DNA from: a virus
Lineage: Duplodnaviria; Caudoviricetes
Reading direction: 5' to 3' (one strand)
Length of the DNA: 58,796 nt
IMG/VR virus record: IMGVR_UViG_3300042890_001480
Location: 1-58,796 of that record
Part shown: positions 1 to 6,573 of the stretch, one piece after another
How positions within the stretch are numbered: the stretch's first letter is position 1
Layout: each line of letters begins with the position of its first letter
The notes under the pieces: generated by a model
What the model was told of the DNA's origin: nothing
The model's database searches: none
The model's input: the letters and a program-made list of their open reading frames with translations, nothing else
Translations under genes and position numbers: made by a program

Positions 1-72
1 CTTGATACCGCCATGATTATATTCGAACAATAGTTCGTTATAGATTAAGTCTAGGTTAGACATGTTAGACAT
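1..72 (-). CDS. hypothetical protein, 5' part only (runs off window)
   Basis: ATG at 72 overlaps the upstream stop (TAATG); open MSNMSNLDLIYNELLFEYNHGGIK to the window edge. Confidence 0.55.
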   Translation of the reverse strand, partial: MSNMSNLDLIYNELLFEYNHGGIK

Positions 73-179
73 TAAGACACCTTCCAATTCTTAGCGATAC
101 AATTATCGCATATAGCAGGGATAGATGATTTAGATACCATAGCGGTATCATTACATGATATACATTTTTTATTTATCAT
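72..179 (-). CDS. 35-aa Cys4 zinc-ribbon-like peptide
   Basis: Manual translation MINKKCISCNDTAMVSKSSIPAICDNCIAKNWKVS; two CxxC; SD-like AGAAAGGA upstream; below ORF-track cutoff. Confidence 0.65.
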   Translation of the reverse strand: MINKKCISCNDTAMVSKSSIPAICDNCIAKNWKVS

Positions 180-211
180 TTTTAGTTATCCTTTCTAAGA
201 TACTTTCGTGG

Positions 212-267
212 AGAGCGGTTATTTGCTAGGCTCACCCTTTCGGGATTATTTGCTAGGCTCACGCTCT
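212..267 (-). promoter_or_regulatory. two-fold symmetric leader element (17-nt direct repeat inside a stem-loop)
   Basis: TTATTTGCTAGGCTCAC at 219-235 and 246-262; outer stem AGAGCG/CGCTCT; inner CCC-GAAA-GGG hairpin on the minus strand. Confidence 0.6.
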
Positions 268-375
268 AATTCTTTATTTAATTTGTTATACTATAATCCT
301 AACAGGGGGGACTGACATTTTGCCTATCACAAATCGGACATGTCGGACATTTTGTAAATTAGTTTCAGAAATTAG

Positions 376-391
376 GGTGATATACCTCACA
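376..391. promoter_or_regulatory. CRP/GlxR-like binding site
   Basis: GGTGA-TATACC-TCACA, 9/10 match to TGTGA-N6-TCACA, in a divergent intergenic region. Confidence 0.4.
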
Positions 392-482
392 TATGGTCGC
401 TCTATCTGGACAAATCGGACATTTTAAATATGTGTATCATACAAATTAAAATTATATTAACATTTTCATAAATCTAAATTAG

Positions 483-511
483 TAGTCAACTAGGATTATA
501 AATGTTATAAT
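483..511 (+). promoter_or_regulatory. promoter of tRNA pair
   Basis: TAGTCA-17nt-TATAAT with extended -10 TG (TGTTATAAT 503-511), just upstream of tRNA-Asn. Confidence 0.6.
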
Positions 512-519
512 AAATAAAT

Positions 520-592
520 TGGAGATTAGCTCAGCAGGCAGAGCGGGAAGCTGTTAACTTCTAGGTCCTAGGTTCGAATCCTAGATCTCCAG
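520..592 (+). tRNA. tRNA-Asn(GTT)
   Basis: Acceptor TGGAGAT/ATCTCCA, D stem GCTC/GAGC, anticodon loop CTGTTAA, T loop TTCGAAT; U1-A72 and G73 as typical for Asn; CCA not encoded. Confidence 0.93.
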
Positions 593-603
593 CTATTACA
601 TTT

Positions 604-674
604 GCGAATATTGCATAGTGGTAGTGCGTAACCTTGCCAAGGTTAATGTGAGAGTTCGATTCTCTCTATTCGCT
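604..674 (+). tRNA. tRNA-Gly(GCC)
   Basis: Acceptor GCGAATA/TATTCGC, anticodon arm TAACC-TTGCCAA-GGTTA, T arm GAGAG-TTCGATT-CTCTC, U73; CCA not encoded. Confidence 0.93.
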
Positions 675-677
675 CTC

Positions 678-707
678 TTGACCTAACAAAATCTATTATG
701 CTACAAT
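678..707 (+). promoter_or_regulatory. sigma70/sigA-type promoter
   Basis: TTGACC-18nt-TACAAT with extended -10 (TGcTACAAT); predicted +1 near 714. Confidence 0.7.
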
Positions 708-713
708 TCTAAC

Positions 714-913
714 CTTGGATAGTTTTCGGAGATAATATCAAGGGGTTAAACTCCAAGTGCGACAATGACGGAAGTGTTATTAGTCTTGGCTTATATATCC
801 AGTATAAGTTCAACCGATGAATTGCGGGTTTACTACCTTTAGACAATTTCGGGGGATCCTTAAAAGATTTAAGGGGTGTAGGGGTTGTATGCTCTAAATC
901 TGGAAGTATCCAA
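714..913 (+). ncRNA. candidate ~200-nt structured ncRNA, family unknown
   Basis: Begins at predicted +1; 715-730 pairs with 899-913 (15 bp, one bulge, 3 G-U); several internal hairpins; GC-richer than flanks; no plus-strand ORF in the track. Confidence 0.6.
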
Positions 914-977
914 TAAAAAGAAAATATAAGATATATACTTAAAAATAAAAATTCTATTAACATTTAATATCATCTAA

Positions 978-999
978 TATTCTAGTCAACTAAGATATA
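978..999 (+). repeat. 22-bp direct repeat, copy upstream of HNH gene
   Basis: TATTCTAGTCAACTAAGATATA, 21/22 identical to 1329-1350; 14-nt partial copy at 483-496. Confidence 0.8.
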
Positions 1000-1036
1000 T
1001 ATCCAGATTATAATAATTAAAAGATATACTTAGTCT

Positions 1037-1324
1037 ATGAAGTCGGATAAGACGACTGATCGAAAACATAAAGCTCATCTGATAAAGTATATTCAGGAGT
1101 TAAAATCTTCTACTCCTTGCTTAGATTGTAAAATATCCTATCCATACTATGTTATGGACTTTGACCATGTTAGAGGAACTAAGCAAGCAAATGTGGCGGA
1201 ATTGATTAATACCTTATCCAAGAAGAAAATAGATCTAGAGATAGCTAAATGTGAGATAGTATGTTCTAATTGTCATCGTATTAGAACTCATCATAGGAAA
1301 ATTAAGAAAAAGGATAAATCTTAG
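1037..1324 (+). CDS. small HNH endonuclease
   Basis: CxxC (CLDC), DFDH, CxxC+H (CSNCHRIRT) zinc-binding HNH pattern; TATACT 6 nt before ATG (leaderless). Confidence 0.85.
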   Translation: MKSDKTTDRKHKAHLIKYIQELKSSTPCLDCKISYPYYVMDFDHVRGTKQANVAELINTLSKKKIDLEIAKCEIVCSNCHRIRTHHRKIKKKDKS

Positions 1325-1328
1325 TATT

Positions 1329-1350
1329 TATTCTAGTCAACTAGGATATA
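1329..1350 (+). repeat. 22-bp direct repeat, copy downstream of HNH gene
   Basis: TATTCTAGTCAACTAGGATATA with inverted core CTAGT-CA-ACTAG. Confidence 0.8.
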
Positions 1351-1418
1351 GATAGTACTATTAGCAAATAATAGGCTATAGAGATTATAGCAATTGAAAT
1401 CATTATCCTAGATATCAT
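1341..1418 (-). CDS. 25-aa single-TM peptide
   Basis: MISRIMISIAIISIAYYLLIVLSIS; ATG 1 nt after the stop of 1420..1740. Confidence 0.4.
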   Translation of the reverse strand: MISRIMISIAIISIAYYLLIVLSIS

Positions 1419-1419
1419 A

Positions 1420-1740
1420 TTAACTCTTATAAACAATAAATGGATATGTATTTAGGGCGGGTAGACGAAGTCTCTTTGCTAATGTATTATATTGGCTAAC
1501 TAGATTCTCTATGTTAGAGTTAGCTTTAGCCAAATCATACTCGTGTGCAGCTCTAGAATGAGTTAAATCTGTAGATCCTTTGATCATAATGTCAGAGGTA
1601 TATTTAATACAATACTGAGCGGAGGACAATGAAGTCTTTCTTGCGTACTGCAACTCATCATTAATAATAACTAAGCTCAATCCCATAAGCATGATTATTG
1701 CAGCTAGTGCTAGGTTTAATTTATTATATTTATTTTTCAT
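1420..1740 (-). CDS. membrane-anchored hypothetical protein
   Basis: Basic N-terminus, hydrophobic helix, then helical region; dedicated promoter just upstream. Confidence 0.7.
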   Translation of the reverse strand: MKNKYNKLNLALAAIIMLMGLSLVIINDELQYARKTSLSSAQYCIKYTSDIMIKGSTDLTHSRAAHEYDLAKANSNIENLVSQYNTLAKRLRLPALNTYPFIVYKS

Positions 1741-1749
1741 CCTGTATAT

Positions 1750-1778
1750 AGTATATTATTTATATTGGACAAAGTCAA
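1750..1778 (-). promoter_or_regulatory. sigA-type promoter
   Basis: TTGACT-17nt-TATACT, 9 nt before ATG at 1740. Confidence 0.7.
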
Positions 1779-1969
1779 AGGATTTCTTCCCCTACCCCGC
1801 TTTTTCTAAAATAGCCCATATCGGCCTTCTAAGGCCCTTATGGCAAATGTTTAGGGATAGATGGTGGGTTATATGTGGAATGTGGGGAAAGGGGTCTCTA
1901 TCTCGCCGAAGCACTTTTTTCGCACTTTATTTTTTTCGCAATGCACTGTATTTAAAATATGTGTCTAAT

Positions 1970-2005
1970 AAACACAAAACCCAATCAGAGGCGGATCCGA
2001 TTGGG
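1970..2005 (-). terminator. intrinsic terminator
   Basis: CCCAATCGGA-TCCGCC-TCTGATTGGG followed by TTTTGTGTTT. Confidence 0.75.
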
Positions 2006-2063
2006 CAGTGCTAGTTCTTGCGAACTAAGTATGGGGAACATTGTGGGATGCTACGACCCATAC
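1970..2063 (-). ncRNA. candidate ~94-nt three-hairpin sRNA
   Basis: Consensus promoter puts +1 at G2063; stems GUAUGGG/CCCAUAC, UAGUUC-GCAA-GAACUA, then terminator hairpin and U-tract. Confidence 0.7.
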
Positions 2064-2069
2064 GTAATC

Positions 2070-2098
2070 ATTATAAAATACTTATTTTTCTAAGTCAA
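2070..2098 (-). promoter_or_regulatory. near-consensus sigA promoter of the sRNA
   Basis: TTGACT-17nt-TATAAT overlapping the 3' end of ORF 2082..2327. Confidence 0.75.
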
Positions 2099-2327
2099 GG
2101 ATATCTTGAACAAATTCTGTATCAGATTCATCAGAACCTTCTTGGGGTGTAAATGAAGGGGAGGGTCCAAGTAGGTAACCTTCTTCATGGTACTTAATCA
2201 TTTTTTCAGTTTTTTCAGGATCTACCTTATTAGCCATAATGGTTAATATGTCATAAATTCTATGAAGCATAATGTAATTAACCATAGGTAGGTTATCTTC
2301 TAAGTTTTGAGATTGTTGATCAGACAT
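2082..2327 (-). CDS. hypothetical protein
   Basis: 81 aa, overlaps upstream ORF by 8 nt, acidic tail. Confidence 0.75.
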   Translation of the reverse strand: MSDQQSQNLEDNLPMVNYIMLHRIYDILTIMANKVDPEKTEKMIKYHEEGYLLGPSPSFTPQEGSDESDTEFVQDILDLEK

Positions 2328-2538
2328 TTTCTGATACCTTTATTTTTTCTAGGATATCTTCATAGAACTTAATTCCTATGAAATTTTGATAATTACAGGA
2401 CAAACAATATAGAAATTCTTTATCATCTAAAGTTAGATTAGGCATCAGAAGGCCCTGATCCATTGGACATTCAAGTCTAGGAACAAGGCCCTCTTCTGAC
2501 AAAGCTATATATCTAGATACGTTCTGTATCTTTCCCAA
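2320..2538 (-). CDS. small zinc-ribbon-like protein
   Basis: CPMD...CLSC; TTG start with SD AAGGAG. Confidence 0.7.
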   Translation of the reverse strand: MGKIQNVSRYIALSEEGLVPRLECPMDQGLLMPNLTLDDKEFLYCLSCNYQNFIGIKFYEDILEKIKVSENV

Positions 2539-2547
2539 TATTGCTCC

Positions 2548-3108
2548 TTATGATTCTGGAAACTCTCCTACGAGAGCTTTGGCCTTGCCCGTTGAGGCAG
2601 ACCATGCTGACCAGTCTTTTCCGCCTTTGGTCATATAGTACGTTATCTCTGCGTTTGTTACTGGATCAAATAATTCCTTATTTGAAACTAAATTGAACTT
2701 TTCTTTTCTTGCTATACCAAGTTCCCCTAGCATGTTGATTTGAAAAATTCCGTAAGATTTATCGCCAGTTGATTTGTTGTCGTTTAGAGCAAGTGGTCTC
2801 CCATTGGACTCTATTCTAGCAACAGACCAAGCTGTTTTTAAAGCAGTTCCTTCAAATCCTACAGCCCATAATAAATCTTTTAAATCTTCGTCTGTAAGCA
2901 TTTCTGAACTCTTATAAGTATCATTGCTGAACTTATTTATTATTTCTCTTTTTAGTTGTTTTTCGGTTTTTTGTACCACTTCTGGTACAGTTGTTAATGC
3001 TTGAGTTACAGTTGGTCCAGGCTGGACGGAAAATAAGAATAATGTTATCATTCCTATGTACGTCCAATTATGGGCAACATCGCTCAAACGTTGTTTGATT
3101 CTCTCCAT
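2548..3108 (-). CDS. lysozyme-like/lytic transglycosylase with N-terminal TM or signal segment
   Basis: Catalytic IES, YGIFQIN, FDPVTNA, GKDWSAW motifs; SD AAGGAGG spacing favours ATG 3108 over 3114. Confidence 0.85.
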   Translation of the reverse strand: MERIKQRLSDVAHNWTYIGMITLFLFSVQPGPTVTQALTTVPEVVQKTEKQLKREIINKFSNDTYKSSEMLTDEDLKDLLWAVGFEGTALKTAWSVARIESNGRPLALNDNKSTGDKSYGIFQINMLGELGIARKEKFNLVSNKELFDPVTNAEITYYMTKGGKDWSAWSASTGKAKALVGEFPES

Positions 3109-3141
3109 TGGCATTTCCTCCTTTAGAGATAACGAACTATA

Positions 3142-3171
3142 ATAGTAGCATTAACTAGCAAAGCGTGTCAA
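3142..3171 (-). promoter_or_regulatory. sigA promoter of transglycosylase operon
   Basis: TTGACA-18nt-TACTAT with extended TG; -35 overlaps inverted repeat GTCAAC-CCA-GTTGAC. Confidence 0.65.
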
Positions 3172-3193
3172 CCCAGTTGACCAGAAAGAATTA

Positions 3194-4183
3194 ATGAATA
3201 TTTCATTTTCAACACCAACTGTTAACATAAAAGGTGAAAATGGATATGGCTATGCGGGAAGAAATATAGTTCATTCATTAAATTCATTAGGACATTTTGT
3301 CCCATTTCAAGATCCTAAATCTTTAGTTCAATTAAATTTTTCACAACCAGATCTTTTTAAATTACACAGGAAACAATATCAAATTGGATATACTCCATGG
3401 GAGTCAACAGTTATTCCAAAAAGATGGCACGAGAACATAAGACATTGCGATGAGTTTTGGACAACATCGGACTGGTGTGCAAATGTATTTGATGATAATG
3501 GATTTAGCAATATCAAAGTATTCCCGCATGGGATAGATCCAATGTGGACTCCTAAAAAAAGAGAACAAAAAGAGACTTTAAAGTTTTTACACATAGGAGA
3601 ACCATCTTCAAGAAAAGGTGGGCAAATAGCAGTAGATGCATTTTTACAACTATTTGGAAATAAACCAGGATACTCTTTAACAATAAAAGCATTTAACTAT
3701 AGCACTGTTAGGGTATTTAATAATTATATAGATAAAAATATTATAGGCCTGCCCCATGAAATGTATAACAATGTGTTTTTAAATAATTCTGTATTAAATG
3801 ACGAAGAGCTTGTTAGACTTTATCATGATCATGATGTTTTAATTTATCCTAGTTATGGAGAAGGTTTTGGGTTTATCCCGCTTCAAGCTCTAGCAACAGG
3901 AATGCCTACAATATCTACATTCGATTGGGCACAATATAAAAAATATATTGGTCCGCTAAAATTAAAATCAGAATTAATAGATTCTCCCTGGGACTATATG
4001 CACGAAGGCAAAGTCTATGAGCCAGACTATCAACACTTACTTGAGCTTATGAGAGATGTAAGTTTAAATTTTAAAGCATATTCATCTTATTATTACACTC
4101 AGTCAACTAAAATTCATGAAGAATATAATTGGTTGCGGTTGACTAATAATGCGTTTGACCATATTTTTAAAAAATTCTCATAA
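3194..4183 (+). CDS. GT-B glycosyltransferase (GT4-like)
   Basis: PHGID, RKG, YPSYGEGFGFIPLQALATGMP motifs. Confidence 0.88.
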   Translation: MNISFSTPTVNIKGENGYGYAGRNIVHSLNSLGHFVPFQDPKSLVQLNFSQPDLFKLHRKQYQIGYTPWESTVIPKRWHENIRHCDEFWTTSDWCANVFDDNGFSNIKVFPHGIDPMWTPKKREQKETLKFLHIGEPSSRKGGQIAVDAFLQLFGNKPGYSLTIKAFNYSTVRVFNNYIDKNIIGLPHEMYNNVFLNNSVLNDEELVRLYHDHDVLIYPSYGEGFGFIPLQALATGMPTISTFDWAQYKKYIGPLKLKSELIDSPWDYMHEGKVYEPDYQHLLELMRDVSLNFKAYSSYYYTQSTKIHEEYNWLRLTNNAFDHIFKKFS

Positions 4184-4267
4184 TCTCTTTCCATTATAAA
4201 TAAAGTTTGATACACTTATACTTCATTAAAAAAACAATCAAGCCGCTGGGCGGAGAAAAAGGTCTAT

Positions 4268-6202
4268 ATGTCAACAGTTATTGAAAACCCATATGAAAAT
4301 TTTATTGCATTGTCTCGTTACGCAAGGTGGATTCCAGAAGATAATCGCAGAGAAACTTGGGGAGAAACAGTAGATCGTTATTTTACTTTTATGCTTGATC
4401 ATTTATTTAAAGAGTATTCTTATGAACCATCAAGCAAATTAATCCAGGAATTAAAAGAAGCAGTTCTTAATAGAAATGTTATGCCCTCAATGAGAGCGGT
4501 AATGACATCTGGTGCAGCATTAGAAAGAGATCATGTCGCAGGATACAACTGTTCTTTTATTCCAGTAGATTCACCAAGATCATTTGATGAAACAATGTAT
4601 ATTCTTATGTGTGGAACTGGAGTAGGATTTTCTGTAGAGTATAAGTATATTAATAAACTTCCTTCCGTTCCAGAATCTTTAGAAAAATCAACAACAGTTA
4701 TTTCTGTAGAGGATTCAAAACAGGGTTGGGCAAAAGCATATCGTGAATTACTAGCGCTACTTTGGTCTGGACAAATTCCAGCAATTGATGTAACTAAACT
4801 TAGGCCAGCAGGAGCAAGACTTAAAACTATGGGTGGAAGATCTTCTGGTCCACAACCACTTATTAATCTTTTTGATTTTACAATTAAAATATTTAAAAAC
4901 TCAGTTGGAAGAAATTTAAAGCCAATTGAATGCCACGACATTATGTGTAAAATTGGAGAAGTTGTTGTAGTTGGCGGAGTCCGTAGATCTGCAATGATTT
5001 CACTATCTAACATTAATGACATTGAAATGGCGGCAGCTAAATCAGGAAATTGGTGGGAAAATAGTCCACAGAGAGCGTTATCAAATAACTCAGTTGCTTA
5101 TTCTAGAAAACCAGAAATGGCACAATTTATCACAGAATGGAAAAATCTTTATGACTCAAAATCTGGAGAGCGTGGAATCTACAATGTTGCCGCTGCTCAA
5201 GCGCAAGCAGCTAAATATGGAAGACGGGATCCTGAAATACACTATGGAACAAACCCTTGTTCGGAAATTATTTTGCGTCCTTATCAGTTTTGTAATCTTT
5301 CAGAAGTCGTATTACGTGAAAAAGATACAGTTGAGGATGTCGAGAATAAAGTAAGACTTGCTACTATTTTAGGAACATGGCAATCAACATTAACAGACTT
5401 TAAATATCTACGTAAAATTTGGAAAGATAATACAGAAGAAGAAAGACTATTAGGGGTATCTCTAACTGGTCAATTTGGACACAAGTTCTTCTCTGGAAAA
5501 CAAGGCCTAGATAAACTAGAATCTACACTAGTATCTCTTCGTGAGCAGGCAAGAAAAACAAATAAAGAAGAGGCTAAAAAAATTGGCATACAGGAGTCTG
5601 CGGCAATTACCTGTGTAAAGCCTTCGGGAACAGTATCTCAATTAGTAGGGGTTTCTTCAGGAATGCACCCATGGCACTCTAGGTATTATATTCGTACGGT
5701 TCGTGGCTCTAAAGGAGATCCAATTTCTACATTTTTAAAAGAGGTTGGAATACCAGTAGAAGATGATGTTATGAAACCAACAGATACTTATGTATTTTCA
5801 TTTCCTATAAAAGCACCAGAAGATGCAATTGTAAGAAACGACCTAACGGCTATTGATCACCTAAACACTTGGCTAGTATATCAAAGAGCATGGTGTGAGC
5901 ATAAGCCATCAATTACAGTTTCAGTAAAAGAAGATGAGTGGATGGAAGTTGGGGCATGGGTATATAAAAACTTTGATGAAGTTTCTGGTATTTCGTTTTT
6001 GCCGTCTTCAGATCACTCATACAAACAAGCACCATATCAGGAAGTAACAAAAGAGGAATACGAAGACTTGTTATCTAAGATGCCAAGATCTATTCGTTGG
6101 GAAGATTTATCTTTTTATGAAACTGAAGATGGAACATCTACAAATGCTACGTTGGCCTGTAGTTCAGACGGCAATTGTGAGCTTGTTGATATTTCTGCTT
6201 AA
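4268..6202 (+). CDS. nrdJ: class II (adenosylcobalamin-dependent) ribonucleotide reductase
   Basis: YNC, NPCSEI, TCVKPSGTVSQL, C-terminal CSSDGNC; no nrdB adjacent. Confidence 0.9.
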   Translation: MSTVIENPYENFIALSRYARWIPEDNRRETWGETVDRYFTFMLDHLFKEYSYEPSSKLIQELKEAVLNRNVMPSMRAVMTSGAALERDHVAGYNCSFIPVDSPRSFDETMYILMCGTGVGFSVEYKYINKLPSVPESLEKSTTVISVEDSKQGWAKAYRELLALLWSGQIPAIDVTKLRPAGARLKTMGGRSSGPQPLINLFDFTIKIFKNSVGRNLKPIECHDIMCKIGEVVVVGGVRRSAMISLSNINDIEMAAAKSGNWWENSPQRALSNNSVAYSRKPEMAQFITEWKNLYDSKSGERGIYNVAAAQAQAAKYGRRDPEIHYGTNPCSEIILRPYQFCNLSEVVLREKDTVEDVENKVRLATILGTWQSTLTDFKYLRKIWKDNTEEERLLGVSLTGQFGHKFFSGKQGLDKLESTLVSLREQARKTNKEEAKKIGIQESAAITCVKPSGTVSQLVGVSSGMHPWHSRYYIRTVRGSKGDPISTFLKEVGIPVEDDVMKPTDTYVFSFPIKAPEDAIVRNDLTAIDHLNTWLVYQRAWCEHKPSITVSVKEDEWMEVGAWVYKNFDEVSGISFLPSSDHSYKQAPYQEVTKEEYEDLLSKMPRSIRWEDLSFYETEDGTSTNATLACSSDGNCELVDISA

Positions 6203-6270
6203 AGGAGTATAATGGAATTGGGGTAAAACCCAAAATTCCTGGGCACAGGGCCCAGAAATAGGAGGATCTA

Positions 6271-6498
6271 ATGTCAAAACAAGATCTAAATAATGATGGA
6301 AAGGTAACTATGCAAGAGAAAATTCTCGCAGCATTGTCAAGCTATGGTCGCCACTTTTTAGGTGCGTCTATTGCTCTTTACATGACTGGAAATACTGACC
6401 CAGGAGATTTACTTAAGGGTGGAATTGCAGCATGTCTGCCAGTTATTTTAAAAGCACTTAATAGTAATGAGCCAGCTTTTGGCTTTACAAAAAAGTAA
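6271..6498 (+). CDS. putative holin / small membrane protein
   Basis: 75 aa with two hydrophobic segments, basic C-terminus, SD AGGAGG. Confidence 0.5.
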   Translation: MSKQDLNNDGKVTMQEKILAALSSYGRHFLGASIALYMTGNTDPGDLLKGGIAACLPVILKALNSNEPAFGFTKK

Positions 6499-6514
6499 TA
6501 ATTAAATAACGAAT

Positions 6515-6556
6515 TAGGATTGCTCCTGTGCTAAAATAAGCATAGGAGTTTTCCTA
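6515..6556 (+). terminator. hairpin/terminator with an embedded extended -10
   Basis: GCTCCTGTGCT/AGCATAGGAGT 11-bp stem, then T run; TGCTAAAAT spans stem and loop. Confidence 0.5.
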
Positions 6557-6573
6557 TTTAGGAGTACTAGCAA

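Noticed and set aside
814-860. Hammerhead ribozyme (CCGATGA resembles CUGAUGA)
   Set aside because: Core mismatch and no stem II followed by GAAA
709-963. 84-aa minus-strand ORF with hydrophobic N-terminus
   Set aside because: No SD or well-placed promoter; hydrophobicity follows from AT-rich DNA; antisense to the better supported ncRNA. A type I toxin-antitoxin reading is unsupported but not excluded.
714-1324. IscB/OMEGA or group I intron assignment
   Set aside because: HNH is 95 aa without RuvC or PLMP; no convincing P7 core or interrupted gene
1691-2014. 107-aa plus-strand ORF
   Set aside because: Crosses a minus-strand gene, promoter and terminator; no start signals
4184-4267. Cobalamin riboswitch or NrdR box before nrdJ
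   Set aside because: Leader too short; only a 4-bp hairpin CCGC/GCGG; no consensus match
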